This document shows positions 22,762 through 31,196 of a DNA stretch of 32,000 bases, piece after piece (positions within the stretch are counted from its first letter, which is position 1; each line of letters starts with the position of its first letter). The position numbers and the translations under genes were made by a program. The DNA comes from Planctopirus limnophila DSM 3776. GTDB lineage: Bacteria > Planctomycetota > Planctomycetia > Planctomycetales > Planctomycetaceae. The DNA is taken from the NCBI RefSeq assembly GCF_000092105.1, contig NC_014148.1:2730001-2762000 (forward strand), written 5' to 3'. The notes under the pieces were generated by a model. It searched no databases. It saw nothing but the letters and a program-made list of their open reading frames with translations, and was not told where the DNA came from.

Positions 22762-24238
22762 TGTCCTCTCCCTCTCCATTTGGGGGCTGTGATGGCTCGG
22801 CAGCTTGGGCCAGCTCGGAGAGCGTCTTGTCGTCAATCTCGGAGACCGAGACGCTCTTCTTGCGCATGTAGTCTTCTTCGCGGGCCAGCTCATCGACGAT
22901 CTGGTAGAAGTCCGTTCCGCGAAGTCGGCAAATCTGAGTGCGGGAGGCCAGCCGCCCGCGAACAGCCGCCAGATCGGCTGTGATTTCTTTGAGTGGATCA
23001 ATCCACGGGAGGCCCGCATGTATCCAGCTCCAGCGCATCAGCTCGATCTTGACGCGGCTCGGAATCTGGTTGTTCAGCAGAGCGACAGCCAGCCGCCACT
23101 TGAGGAGATGGTTGCGCGTGCGAATGGGGAGCTTGCGGCTGTTATGGGCCGATTGCTCATACATCAGCAGTGCCTGACGGCTGCCGGAATAAGTGCTGAA
23201 GCTCTCGTTGTAAAACGAGTAGGGGATGTCGAACGTCTTCAGGGTCAAGGCCAGCATCTGCTGGAAGAAGGCGGCCGTATCGGCGGCAGGGGTGCGGCTT
23301 TCGAGAAACTCGGCCCGGTCGCCCACATCAAGGTCAAGAATCCTCTGACTGTTGAGGTTGATCTTGCTGTAGTCCTGGGCGTTTTCTTCGTCGTAGGTCT
23401 CCTGCGTTAAGCTGGCAGGATCACCACGAAAGAGCACCAGGCCAAAGAGCTGGGCCAGCTTGATCTTGCCCAGGGTGTAATCAAATCCTTCGTAGAGGTC
23501 TTTGAGCGGATTGAGGCCAGCCGCCAGTGGGCTGATGCCGCGCGTCTGGTCGAATCGCTCGAAGCTGGCATACAGCAGCATGTCCCGCACGGGCACCATG
23601 CGTTCAAACTGGAAATCGAGACCGATCTGGCCGTAATCGGTGGTCTTCGCCCGGCGGCAGACGGCATACGCCAGAGCTCGGCCCGCCTGGTTGACATCAG
23701 TCTGCACGCCATGGATCACTTGATCCTTGGGCACATCGTTGGGGAGCCCGTTGTAAGGCGTTCTGATGCGATCCCCTTCGATGGCCTGCAACTGGCCAGT
23801 CTCCAGCTTCAGCATCCCGCAATCGCCATCGATACACCGGCGGCCCTCGGCGACTCGCAAAAAGCCGTCCATATCCATGCGGTGCGCGGCGTCGAAGTTT
23901 TCGGGCTGGCTCCATTCGGCCACAAAGTCTTCGAGCCACTGATCCGTGTAATCGTCGCCGGACTTGGCATCGAACGAGAAGGTGGTCGTGTAGTCGAGAT
24001 GCTTGCGCACCATCCACCCCACAACACTGAAATTCTGCTCGATCGTGCGGCTGTCAGAGAGCAACCGGCGGCGGTCTTCAGCGTTCAGTTCCGCATCGGC
24101 ACTGCGGACAATTCCATCAGCCGGACGGCGGCGGCCATTGTTCTTGACCGCGTCATACGCGAATGCCCCTTCGAGTGATTTGGCAAAGGCCAGACCAGCT
24201 CGGCGGACAAACGGCGGCAGATAGGCACCGATGGGCAA
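22754..24238 (-). CDS. Portal protein, lambda gpB-like family, 494 aa
   Basis: It sits between the gpW-like and protease genes. The C-terminal WIHAGLPWIDPLKEITADLAAVRGRLASRTQICRLRGTDFYQIVDELAREE matches the lambda-family portal signature. The start is TTG 24238, 3 nt after the gpW-like stop. Confidence 0.8.
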   Translation of the reverse strand: MPIGAYLPPFVRRAGLAFAKSLEGAFAYDAVKNNGRRRPADGIVRSADAELNAEDRRRLLSDSRTIEQNFSVVGWMVRKHLDYTTTFSFDAKSGDDYTDQWLEDFVAEWSQPENFDAAHRMDMDGFLRVAEGRRCIDGDCGMLKLETGQLQAIEGDRIRTPYNGLPNDVPKDQVIHGVQTDVNQAGRALAYAVCRRAKTTDYGQIGLDFQFERMVPVRDMLLYASFERFDQTRGISPLAAGLNPLKDLYEGFDYTLGKIKLAQLFGLVLFRGDPASLTQETYDEENAQDYSKINLNSQRILDLDVGDRAEFLESRTPAADTAAFFQQMLALTLKTFDIPYSFYNESFSTYSGSRQALLMYEQSAHNSRKLPIRTRNHLLKWRLAVALLNNQIPSRVKIELMRWSWIHAGLPWIDPLKEITADLAAVRGRLASRTQICRLRGTDFYQIVDELAREEDYMRKKSVSVSEIDDKTLSELAQAAEPSQPPNGEGEDNA

Positions 24239-24241
24239 GAT

Positions 24242-24454
24242 TTAGAATCCGCTGAGGTCAACTCTCAGCACGCGATTCCGTTTGGCCTGCTCCTGGGCGA
24301 CTTCTCGCCGCCACTTGTTGCGCAGTTCAAACAGGTCTTCGTACTGCATGGTTTTCCCGTCCCATGTCACCACTTTCAGGCCAGCCGATTTGCGCAACAG
24401 GTCTTCCACCTTGGTGAGCATCTCTTCGGCGAATGTGGGGGTGGGTTCGGGCAT
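24242..24454 (-). CDS. gpW-like head-tail joining protein, 70 aa
   Basis: Its size and its position between terminase and portal match lambda W. The VVTWDGKTMQYEDLFELRNKWRRE pattern also fits the gpW family. Confidence 0.6.
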   Translation of the reverse strand: MPEPTPTFAEEMLTKVEDLLRKSAGLKVVTWDGKTMQYEDLFELRNKWRREVAQEQAKRNRVLRVDLSGF

Positions 24455-24525
24455 GCAGTCGATTCTGCTGCCAGCTTTTCAGATTCCTAGACCGGATAAA
24501 CAGGCCCTGCTTATCCCGTAAAAAT

Positions 24526-24804
24526 TTATTCCTTTTCTTGGGCTCGCCGCTGGCTGAACTCGCGATCAATCCGCACCTGGCCGCAGCCGGAGCATCTCAC
24601 CCGGCGACGAATGATGAAGTTGTACGGCTCACCATCGGGAGCAATCCCGGCAAACTGCTGCGATGTCGTCGACAGCACACTCCGTTCAGTGCTCCCACAC
24701 TTGGGGCAGCGGGAGAGCATGGTGGTGGTTTTCTGCGTCACGTTGGCCGCTCCCTTGGGTCGGCCTTTCTGGTTGTCTTTGTCTTTTGATGTGTCAGCCT
24801 TCAT
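24526..24804 (-). CDS. Zinc-ribbon protein, 92 aa (CPKCG...CSGCG)
   Basis: Two CxxC pairs lie 38 residues apart, with a basic N-terminus. The start is ATG 24804, with AAGGAAG upstream. Confidence 0.6.
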   Translation of the reverse strand: MKADTSKDKDNQKGRPKGAANVTQKTTTMLSRCPKCGSTERSVLSTTSQQFAGIAPDGEPYNFIIRRRVRCSGCGQVRIDREFSQRRAQEKE

Positions 24805-24814
24805 CGGTCTTCCT

Positions 24815-26926
24815 TTACCAGGTCATTTCATACGCCTTGGGTTCCCGCTTCTTGCGGCCCTTGGGCTTGGTGCTGGCCGCTTCCTCGCTGGCCAATGAAA
24901 GTTTGATTTTCCCAGTCGTCGAAGCCGCCACGCAGGCCATTTTCAGGCAGTCGGCGAAGTGGTTGTCACTGAGTCCAGGCCGCAAATCAAAGCGGTCGTG
25001 AATCTCGCCCGTCGTGGTGGTGAATGTGCCGGTCTTGATTTCGGCGTCGATGTGGTCGCCGAACATCTGGTGCGGGGAAGGGCGTTCTATCCAGAGTGTG
25101 AGGGCTCCCCGAGTCCCCACAGGGACGGTCAACCGGTCGCGGTGGAACTTGATCCAGAGATTGGAATCGAAGGTGCATTCCCGCACCTTCCGGCCCTTGG
25201 CCACTGGTGGAATGCACCAGCCGTTCCCCTGTTGATGCCTAACGTCATTGATGTACCGCAGCGGTTTCCCGCTTCCTTTGGCTGGCATGAGTTGCGACTT
25301 GAAGGGCGACTCCGCGCAGAACTTCCGCACGGTGTCGGTCTCAAAACCCATGTCAACAAAAGCCCGCTCAATGCGCAAGGTTTCCCCATCGGGTTTCTTC
25401 CATTCGCGGGATAACTTTTCAGTCATCAGTTGCGACAGGCCTTGATAAATGCGGCCCGGGCGGTCAGTTCCCCGGAACTTGCGAGAGAGTGTCCGGCGGG
25501 CATCGGCCAGCGAATAGTAGGCCCGTTCCTGATCCGGGAAAGAGCCGTAGTCAATCACCGCCCCCGAGAAGTTGGCCGCCCAGGCCACGATCACATAAAA
25601 GAGCAGTTCGCCTTGCACGTCGGTGCCCATGGTCAGCAGGACAGTTTCCGGCGGCACCACACCGCGAGCATATCCACTCAGCCGCTCTTTGATGGCATGA
25701 GCCGACAGGGCGGCATCATCTTCCTGAGCGGCGGCGGGGTCGTTCTGGTATTCGGCAAAGAAGACATAGCGGTCTTTGAAGAACAGGTGCATGGCCGATT
25801 GAATGGCACTGATTTCATCTTCTTCGAAGCGTTCCTCCCAGGCCGCCGTGAAACCTTCTTCCAACTCGGTCTGATGCTTCCGATAGAACGCATTCCGCAA
25901 CTGGCCCCCGTCGTTCAAGTGATGGCTCTGCACCATGACATCGGCATACTCCAGCCACCGTTGCCACTGCTCCCCCTCCAGCTTGGGCATGGCCAGCATG
26001 GCACACCGCTTGCCGTGCCACTCCGGGTGGAGCTTGTGATCGAGGAAGCGGTCAGAGAGGTCTTTGGGGGCAATCACTGTGCAGCACATGACGGCAGATA
26101 TCTTTTGCCCTGGGCCTGCCAGACCCAGCACAGCTCCGGAAATGAGACGCTCCCGTTTGTCGTTCTGGTCGGGGCTCACTGCTGATTTGTCCGTCTGCGG
26201 ATCATCGAGCAGCACAAAGCCCGGGCGGATTTTCTTCCCATCGGGGAGACGATGCTGCAGGCCTCGAATGCGGCCCGTCAGACCAGCCACGCCGATGATG
26301 GCTCCAGCGGCTTTGCTGCCCGGGATGTTGGGCAACACAATCCGGGTTTTCGTGAAGAGCATCCGCACGGGCTTTCCGGCGAATAACAATCTTCGCTGCG
26401 GCACTCCTTCCAGCCGGGCGATCGGGTAGCAGGTCTCGGGGTAATCGGCCAGGAGCAGCTCGTTGGTTTCCAACTCGTCTTTGATCCCGGCCAGCATCTC
26501 TTTGGCGGCCCCTTCCGTGGCACCGATCAACACAAAGAAATGTTCATAGCCGTGGAGGATGGCCCACAGGCAGACCCACAGAGCCAGTGAGGTCTTGCCA
26601 CTCCCTCGGGGCATGGCGAGACAATAGCAGCCTCCATCGGTAATGGTGCTCTGCATGGTCGCGAGCACTTCGCGGTGGTCGGGAGACCAGCCCAAGCAAA
26701 ACGTCTTGGCCCCATACGTTTCGCAGAAGAATTGCAGATCATGGGCGGCCCGCTCTCGGCGTGCCGGTTCGGCCACCTCGGGCATCTCCGGGGCGATGTC
26801 GCGAGCCTGGGCCGATTGCTCTCGCTGGCGTTGGCCTTCGCGGGCTTTCTTCTGCTCGTACCGCTCTTGCTTGTTCTTTGGATCAGGTGCTGGCGGCTCG
26901 GCATCCTTTCCAGCAAAGAAGCTCAA
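24815..26926 (-). CDS. Terminase large subunit, 703 aa
   Basis: Walker A is AMPRGSGKTS and Walker B is FVLLDDPQ. The C-terminal half is nuclease-like. It lies upstream of the gpW-like and portal genes. The start is TTG 26926, overlapping the upstream stop. Confidence 0.85.
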   Translation of the reverse strand: MSFFAGKDAEPPAPDPKNKQERYEQKKAREGQRQREQSAQARDIAPEMPEVAEPARRERAAHDLQFFCETYGAKTFCLGWSPDHREVLATMQSTITDGGCYCLAMPRGSGKTSLALWVCLWAILHGYEHFFVLIGATEGAAKEMLAGIKDELETNELLLADYPETCYPIARLEGVPQRRLLFAGKPVRMLFTKTRIVLPNIPGSKAAGAIIGVAGLTGRIRGLQHRLPDGKKIRPGFVLLDDPQTDKSAVSPDQNDKRERLISGAVLGLAGPGQKISAVMCCTVIAPKDLSDRFLDHKLHPEWHGKRCAMLAMPKLEGEQWQRWLEYADVMVQSHHLNDGGQLRNAFYRKHQTELEEGFTAAWEERFEEDEISAIQSAMHLFFKDRYVFFAEYQNDPAAAQEDDAALSAHAIKERLSGYARGVVPPETVLLTMGTDVQGELLFYVIVAWAANFSGAVIDYGSFPDQERAYYSLADARRTLSRKFRGTDRPGRIYQGLSQLMTEKLSREWKKPDGETLRIERAFVDMGFETDTVRKFCAESPFKSQLMPAKGSGKPLRYINDVRHQQGNGWCIPPVAKGRKVRECTFDSNLWIKFHRDRLTVPVGTRGALTLWIERPSPHQMFGDHIDAEIKTGTFTTTTGEIHDRFDLRPGLSDNHFADCLKMACVAASTTGKIKLSLASEEAASTKPKGRKKREPKAYEMTW

Positions 26927-27249
26927 GCTGCCAAGTCCGCAAGCTGTTTCAGGGCTCGGAGGGCTCCCGCGAAGTCCCCGATTTCCGTCATTCGCCGGTA
27001 GAGGTCGCGGGTGGCTTCAAAGCAGAATCCCCGCACGGCATCGCGTGAGAGCGTGGCCGACAGAGCGAAGCCGCCAATGGCCTCCTGCACCAGGGCCATG
27101 GGGTCAGCCTGCGGCCATGTCTTTTCGATCGCCTCCAGCACATCGCGATCTCGGGCACCCGTGAGAATCCACTTGGCCACTTGCTCCACCTGGGCGGCAT
27201 GGTCAAAGCTCGTGAGTGAAGAATTGTCGCTGCTCTCTTCCGCTGGCAT
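26923..27249 (-). CDS. Small terminase subunit candidate (by position only), 108 aa
   Basis: ATG 27249 has AAGGAG 8 nt upstream. Its stop overlaps the terminase large-subunit start. I recognise no motif. Confidence 0.4.
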   Translation of the reverse strand: MPAEESSDNSSLTSFDHAAQVEQVAKWILTGARDRDVLEAIEKTWPQADPMALVQEAIGGFALSATLSRDAVRGFCFEATRDLYRRMTEIGDFAGALRALKQLADLAA

Positions 27250-27898
27250 CGGCAAGACTCCTTTTTTGCCGTGTCCAGATGTCGTTCAACACGTCCCTCA
27301 AGAATGACGCAAGGGCGGGGTCATGCGCAAGTGTGAAATCCTCCAAGCGGGGGTTCATGTTCAAATTCATCGAAGTGCGGAGCACCAGTTCCCAGCCTTC
27401 GGCCTCAATGAGAGCAAATTTGCTGTGGTTCTGCGCCACTCGGATGGCATCGAGGCCGAACGTCTGGCGGATTTGGTGGGCGGCTTCCGGGTCGCGGCGG
27501 GCAAACGAGAAATCGATCAGCCAACGCATCGAGAGCAGCCGACCGGCTTTGACGTGGCGATCGAGCGTCTGGATTTCGTGCCGTGCTGCTGTCCAGGTCG
27601 AGAGTGAGACGCGGGCCGGGCCGGTGCGCTCGAGTATCGCTTCGAGCAGTTGCAGCAGACCGAATTGGCCTTTCGTGAATCCATAAATCTCGTGAACGTG
27701 GTCGAGGCCAGCGATGGCCTCGGCTGCGGTCTGCCTTCGCCTTAGGTCGCGCATGTCCCGCTTCGTTTCCCGCAATAGGTGTCGGTGAATCGTGGGGGCC
27801 TGCAGCTCGGCCACATCGACCGACTTCACCGCATGAGTGGCCAAAAGCGGATTGGCTGACAGTCGCAGTTGATTCCGCGTGGAATCAATTGGCAGCAT
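27203..27898 (-). CDS. PLD-superfamily (single HKD motif) nuclease-like protein, 231 aa from ATG 27898 (ORF-track TTG start at 27958)
   Basis: NHSKFALIEAEGWELVLRTSMNLN matches HxK(x)4D/E...(S/T)xN, with Glu in the acidic position. Its 3' end overlaps the next gene by 47 nt. Confidence 0.55.
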   Translation of the reverse strand: MLPIDSTRNQLRLSANPLLATHAVKSVDVAELQAPTIHRHLLRETKRDMRDLRRRQTAAEAIAGLDHVHEIYGFTKGQFGLLQLLEAILERTGPARVSLSTWTAARHEIQTLDRHVKAGRLLSMRWLIDFSFARRDPEAAHQIRQTFGLDAIRVAQNHSKFALIEAEGWELVLRTSMNLNMNPRLEDFTLAHDPALASFLRDVLNDIWTRQKRSLADASGREQRQFFTHEL

Positions 27899-28077
27899 TT
27901 CGGCGCCCCGGTCACTGAAAAGGCAGGCAAGAAAGTGTGTGAACTCTCTCGACCACAACGTAAGGAATCACGAAAAACTACCAAACTGGGACCCACAACG
28001 ACGTACTTGATCATAAAAAATATGTCATACACAACATGAAAAAAAATGCCAACAATGCTTAACTTCTCTCTAACTTT

Positions 28078-31038
28078 CTAATCGGGGATCATTCCAAAAA
28101 AACCCAACTGAACAGAAACCTTTATGTCGAGCGGAAGACCTAACAGCTGCCACTTTTTTTTATCGTTACTCTTCAAAACGACAGTTGGAAATCCATTTTC
28201 GTATGACCTTCTGCAATACCCCGATTTTCCTTTCTCTGGGACAACATTTCCTTCTCCATCAATTTGAAAACTCCCATCCCCTTGTGAGTTTAACTCAAAC
28301 ATTGCAGCACGATTAGCACCATTTGTATCAACCAGAAAAGCATGTCCAACGAACGATGAGATTGCTTTCATCTCATCTGACTGGCCATTACTTACAACCA
28401 ATGAATGCACTTCGTTAATAAACTTCATTCGAGCGAACTCCTTAGTGAATACACTTCGTACTTCTCTGCACATTTGACTGACTACATCTGAAACATCGCC
28501 TGGCCACATTTCTAAGATGAGATCAGATGCCATTCTCTTTCCGAAAACACTTGGTGACCCAGCCAGTATTCGCGCACAGAAGACAACGGCAGTTGCCCTC
28601 AAGAAATGGTCGGATTTCTTCGAGAGAAGCCTAAACTCCCCAAATACTCTTTTGAGAGTCTCCTCAGACAGGACATAAGGGCCAACATGGCAAAGCGCTC
28701 TGACGGAAGGAATACGAGTCTCATCATCAGTCAATAGTTGTGCAAGATCATCGACGCACTCGACAAACTCGCTTGGTGACTGGCAGCGTGCAATTGCGGA
28801 AGCTACGCCTCGCTTCACAGTAGTGCCTCCCGCTCGCAATTTCTCCACGGCATCCTTAACCGAAAGCCCAAAAAAATCTCGACCCTCCCATGGACGTTTG
28901 ACTTCAGGAACTAGCGGGGGTTCTGGTTGCTCGTCAAGGACTGTATCCCGGGAGGACGTTAGCACATCAATAAACTCCCTCGCAGTTCTCATAATCTGTG
29001 CAATAGGCTCTAGACCAAAAGTAGCATCCCTGAAGTCCCACTTGTTCGAATCGGACTGCTCACTAAGAAGTGAGCCATTCACACATTTATCCAAAAGCGA
29101 CCTTCGAACACCTTCCATCCAGGCTCGCGCTTCGCTTGCACGAGGGTGAGAATTGTTTTCCCTAAGTTCAGCTTCAAGAAGGGAGAGAATTCTAAAGTCC
29201 GTGGCTCCATCCGCTCTTCCTTCATAGCCTACCGAACCAACGACTCCAAAGGCCTTCGCATCCTTCTCATCCTGGAACGGTAGGGCAAAGCCATTACTCG
29301 GGAATGTCGATGTATCGGATCTAAAGGACTCCCACGTTAATGGCCTCAAGTGCGTGCTGTAGCACTTTCGCCGCTCGCCGTGCCTTGCTTCAGGTTTAGC
29401 TCCTGCAGGCAACGGATCTGGGGGAAGGTAGGTCGGACCGGTCGAATAGGCGTAAACGCGATTCCCCTTGAGACCCAGCGCCCATGTGTACACGCCGGAA
29501 TAGAATCGATTTGTCCGATAATTCGTAGATCGAAAAGCAAATGAGTAGGTCCATACCTCGACTCTCTGTCTCGCCGCCTCTGCCATCAATTCAGGCGAAA
29601 TTGAACCGGCGAGAACTTCCCAGACGCTGAAGAGATCCCCGAACGAAATGACTGCACCAATTCCCAATGGTGTTTCTGTTCGGAAATACTCCTGGCGACT
29701 CATAAGGATGAAAGCGCCTCCGATCTTGTCTTCGTCCGGCGTAAGCCATAAGGGCTCTTCGGCAGTTTTGAGAATTATCTCAGGCCAGTTTCGTTCCTTC
29801 CCTGCGCGATACAATGCCTCAACGGGAATGTGTTCATCACCGTCGTTTCCGACTCTTGAAACCATGTCAGTGGCGGTTGGAACGTCATTTAGCTGGCTAT
29901 CATTAGTCAATATTGGAATACCATTACAACCGAACTCAAAGCCTTTCGCATTGTCAATCATTGAATTTAGAATGTCATGTGGATATGCAATTGTCGCATT
30001 TTTGTATGGTGCTACGCGGTAGAGGGCATCAGCGTTCTCATTTTGAAGGTCATAATATGATTTTACTCCATCTCGATAGGGCGTTGCACCCTCACCAAAA
30101 TGGAGTAAGTGCTTTTCAGCATCGACCCAATCAGCAGGGCTTGCGAGGCTTTCGGGAAGTATCTTTCCATTTTGGAATGCTCGGAACGGAGCAGTCAGCT
30201 TGCCATCCTTCAGAGTTCCTTTAAAGAGCAATGGTGGCCAGATATCCAAGGACACGGTATTGCATTCGTGTTGTTGCATGTCCTCGTAGTATGCACTCAT
30301 ATGCGTTTCGGATAGGCCACCCTTTTGGACACATGGTCGGACTTGTGAAGTGTTGATTTTACTTGGTTCGAAAAAAAAGCCGAAGACCGCGTGGCATCTT
30401 GGGAGAGGCACTTTTCTGGTTGTGATCGTGAGGTTCACTTGCTCTCGGTAGGTCGTGCCGTCGGCAAGCGTCGCACAAATGGTGATGGTTGCGGAAAGTG
30501 ATGGTCGATAGATGGGAGTGTCGAGCTTGTTGAAGATGAACCATTTTCCGGTTGAGCGTCCAGCTTCCAGTGATTCGTTGACTGAGTTGGGAGCTACGCT
30601 GCACAGGTTGTCGCTGTAGACGAAGGTTGGTTGCCAAGTGCAATGTGTGTTTGGTATCGGAAGCTGACCGCGAGGAGTTATATAGAACAGGGAAAAGATG
30701 CCAGGCCCATTGATGTTATCATCAGCCCATTTGAAGGACTCAACCCAGACCCGGCGCACGGTCTTCCGTAAGAAGATGCCAATCTGGAATGAAGTCCGCT
30801 CATTTTGAAATCGCGTTAGCGAGATGGCTCCTCCGTTCAGCAACTCATCAGTTGTGGGAGTGTAATCTTGAAAGATCGGTTCATTGATTTTTGGGATGAA
30901 GAGTTGAAAGGGTTTGTTGCTGGAGGGGAGCGAGCCGAGACTGTTTTGAGGCGGGGCAATTGTGTCGAGCACTTTTTTATCCCAAAAGATTTTTACCGAC
31001 GAGCCTTGTTGCAACTCGTCCGAGTGTTCTATGTTCAC
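28078..31038 (-). CDS. Large AT-rich cargo protein, 986 aa: GH123/DUF4091-like N-terminal beta-sandwich and central domain, HEAT/ARM-like helical repeats, and a small C-terminal beta domain
   Basis: It is a single uninterrupted ORF in an island of about 40-45% GC. The N-terminal VKIFWDKKVLD...ISLTRFQNERTSFQIGIFL matches the characteristic start of GH123/DUF4091-type glycoside-hydrolase-like proteins. Residues around 740-870 look like HEAT repeats. It has a GTG start and no SD. Confidence 0.7.
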   Translation of the reverse strand: MNIEHSDELQQGSSVKIFWDKKVLDTIAPPQNSLGSLPSSNKPFQLFIPKINEPIFQDYTPTTDELLNGGAISLTRFQNERTSFQIGIFLRKTVRRVWVESFKWADDNINGPGIFSLFYITPRGQLPIPNTHCTWQPTFVYSDNLCSVAPNSVNESLEAGRSTGKWFIFNKLDTPIYRPSLSATITICATLADGTTYREQVNLTITTRKVPLPRCHAVFGFFFEPSKINTSQVRPCVQKGGLSETHMSAYYEDMQQHECNTVSLDIWPPLLFKGTLKDGKLTAPFRAFQNGKILPESLASPADWVDAEKHLLHFGEGATPYRDGVKSYYDLQNENADALYRVAPYKNATIAYPHDILNSMIDNAKGFEFGCNGIPILTNDSQLNDVPTATDMVSRVGNDGDEHIPVEALYRAGKERNWPEIILKTAEEPLWLTPDEDKIGGAFILMSRQEYFRTETPLGIGAVISFGDLFSVWEVLAGSISPELMAEAARQRVEVWTYSFAFRSTNYRTNRFYSGVYTWALGLKGNRVYAYSTGPTYLPPDPLPAGAKPEARHGERRKCYSTHLRPLTWESFRSDTSTFPSNGFALPFQDEKDAKAFGVVGSVGYEGRADGATDFRILSLLEAELRENNSHPRASEARAWMEGVRRSLLDKCVNGSLLSEQSDSNKWDFRDATFGLEPIAQIMRTAREFIDVLTSSRDTVLDEQPEPPLVPEVKRPWEGRDFFGLSVKDAVEKLRAGGTTVKRGVASAIARCQSPSEFVECVDDLAQLLTDDETRIPSVRALCHVGPYVLSEETLKRVFGEFRLLSKKSDHFLRATAVVFCARILAGSPSVFGKRMASDLILEMWPGDVSDVVSQMCREVRSVFTKEFARMKFINEVHSLVVSNGQSDEMKAISSFVGHAFLVDTNGANRAAMFELNSQGDGSFQIDGEGNVVPEKGKSGYCRRSYENGFPTVVLKSNDKKKWQLLGLPLDIKVSVQLGFFGMIPD

Positions 31039-31196
31039 CTAAGTTTATCAATGAGATAATTTCGTGTTTATAAGTTTTTCATATTATCACGACACATGCA
31101 TAACAACAACAATTAATAGCCAATACAATCTACATTCATACCTTAGATTTACTCGGCGATAAGGTGTGCGAAGTGCAATTGGATCAGTTGCATCTG

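Noticed and set aside
13639-23019. Upstream extensions of the ORF-track entries 13639..14349, 15081..16103, 16043..16726, 19238..19759, 19744..20145, 20614..21552 and 21625..23019
   Set aside because: Each extension overlaps the preceding gene substantially and is low-complexity. In every case an internal ATG lies within a few nt of the upstream stop, often with an SD, giving a tidy coupled operon. I trimmed the starts accordingly.
24492-24518. Imperfect inverted repeat CCGGATAAAC...GCTTATCCCG between the zinc-ribbon and gpW-like genes
   Set aside because: The 10-bp stem has one mismatch and one G-U wobble, and no U-tract follows. This is insufficient to call a terminator or regulator.
9251-26185. 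Large plus-strand ORFs such as 9251..10543 (430 aa), 11009..11677, 20533..22035 (500 aa), 22805..23410, 25430..26185
   Set aside because: They are antisense to recognisable phage proteins (tail tip, tape measure, capsid/protease, portal, terminase). They are Arg/Gly/Leu/Pro-biased with no motifs. Such shadow ORFs are typical of GC-rich DNA.
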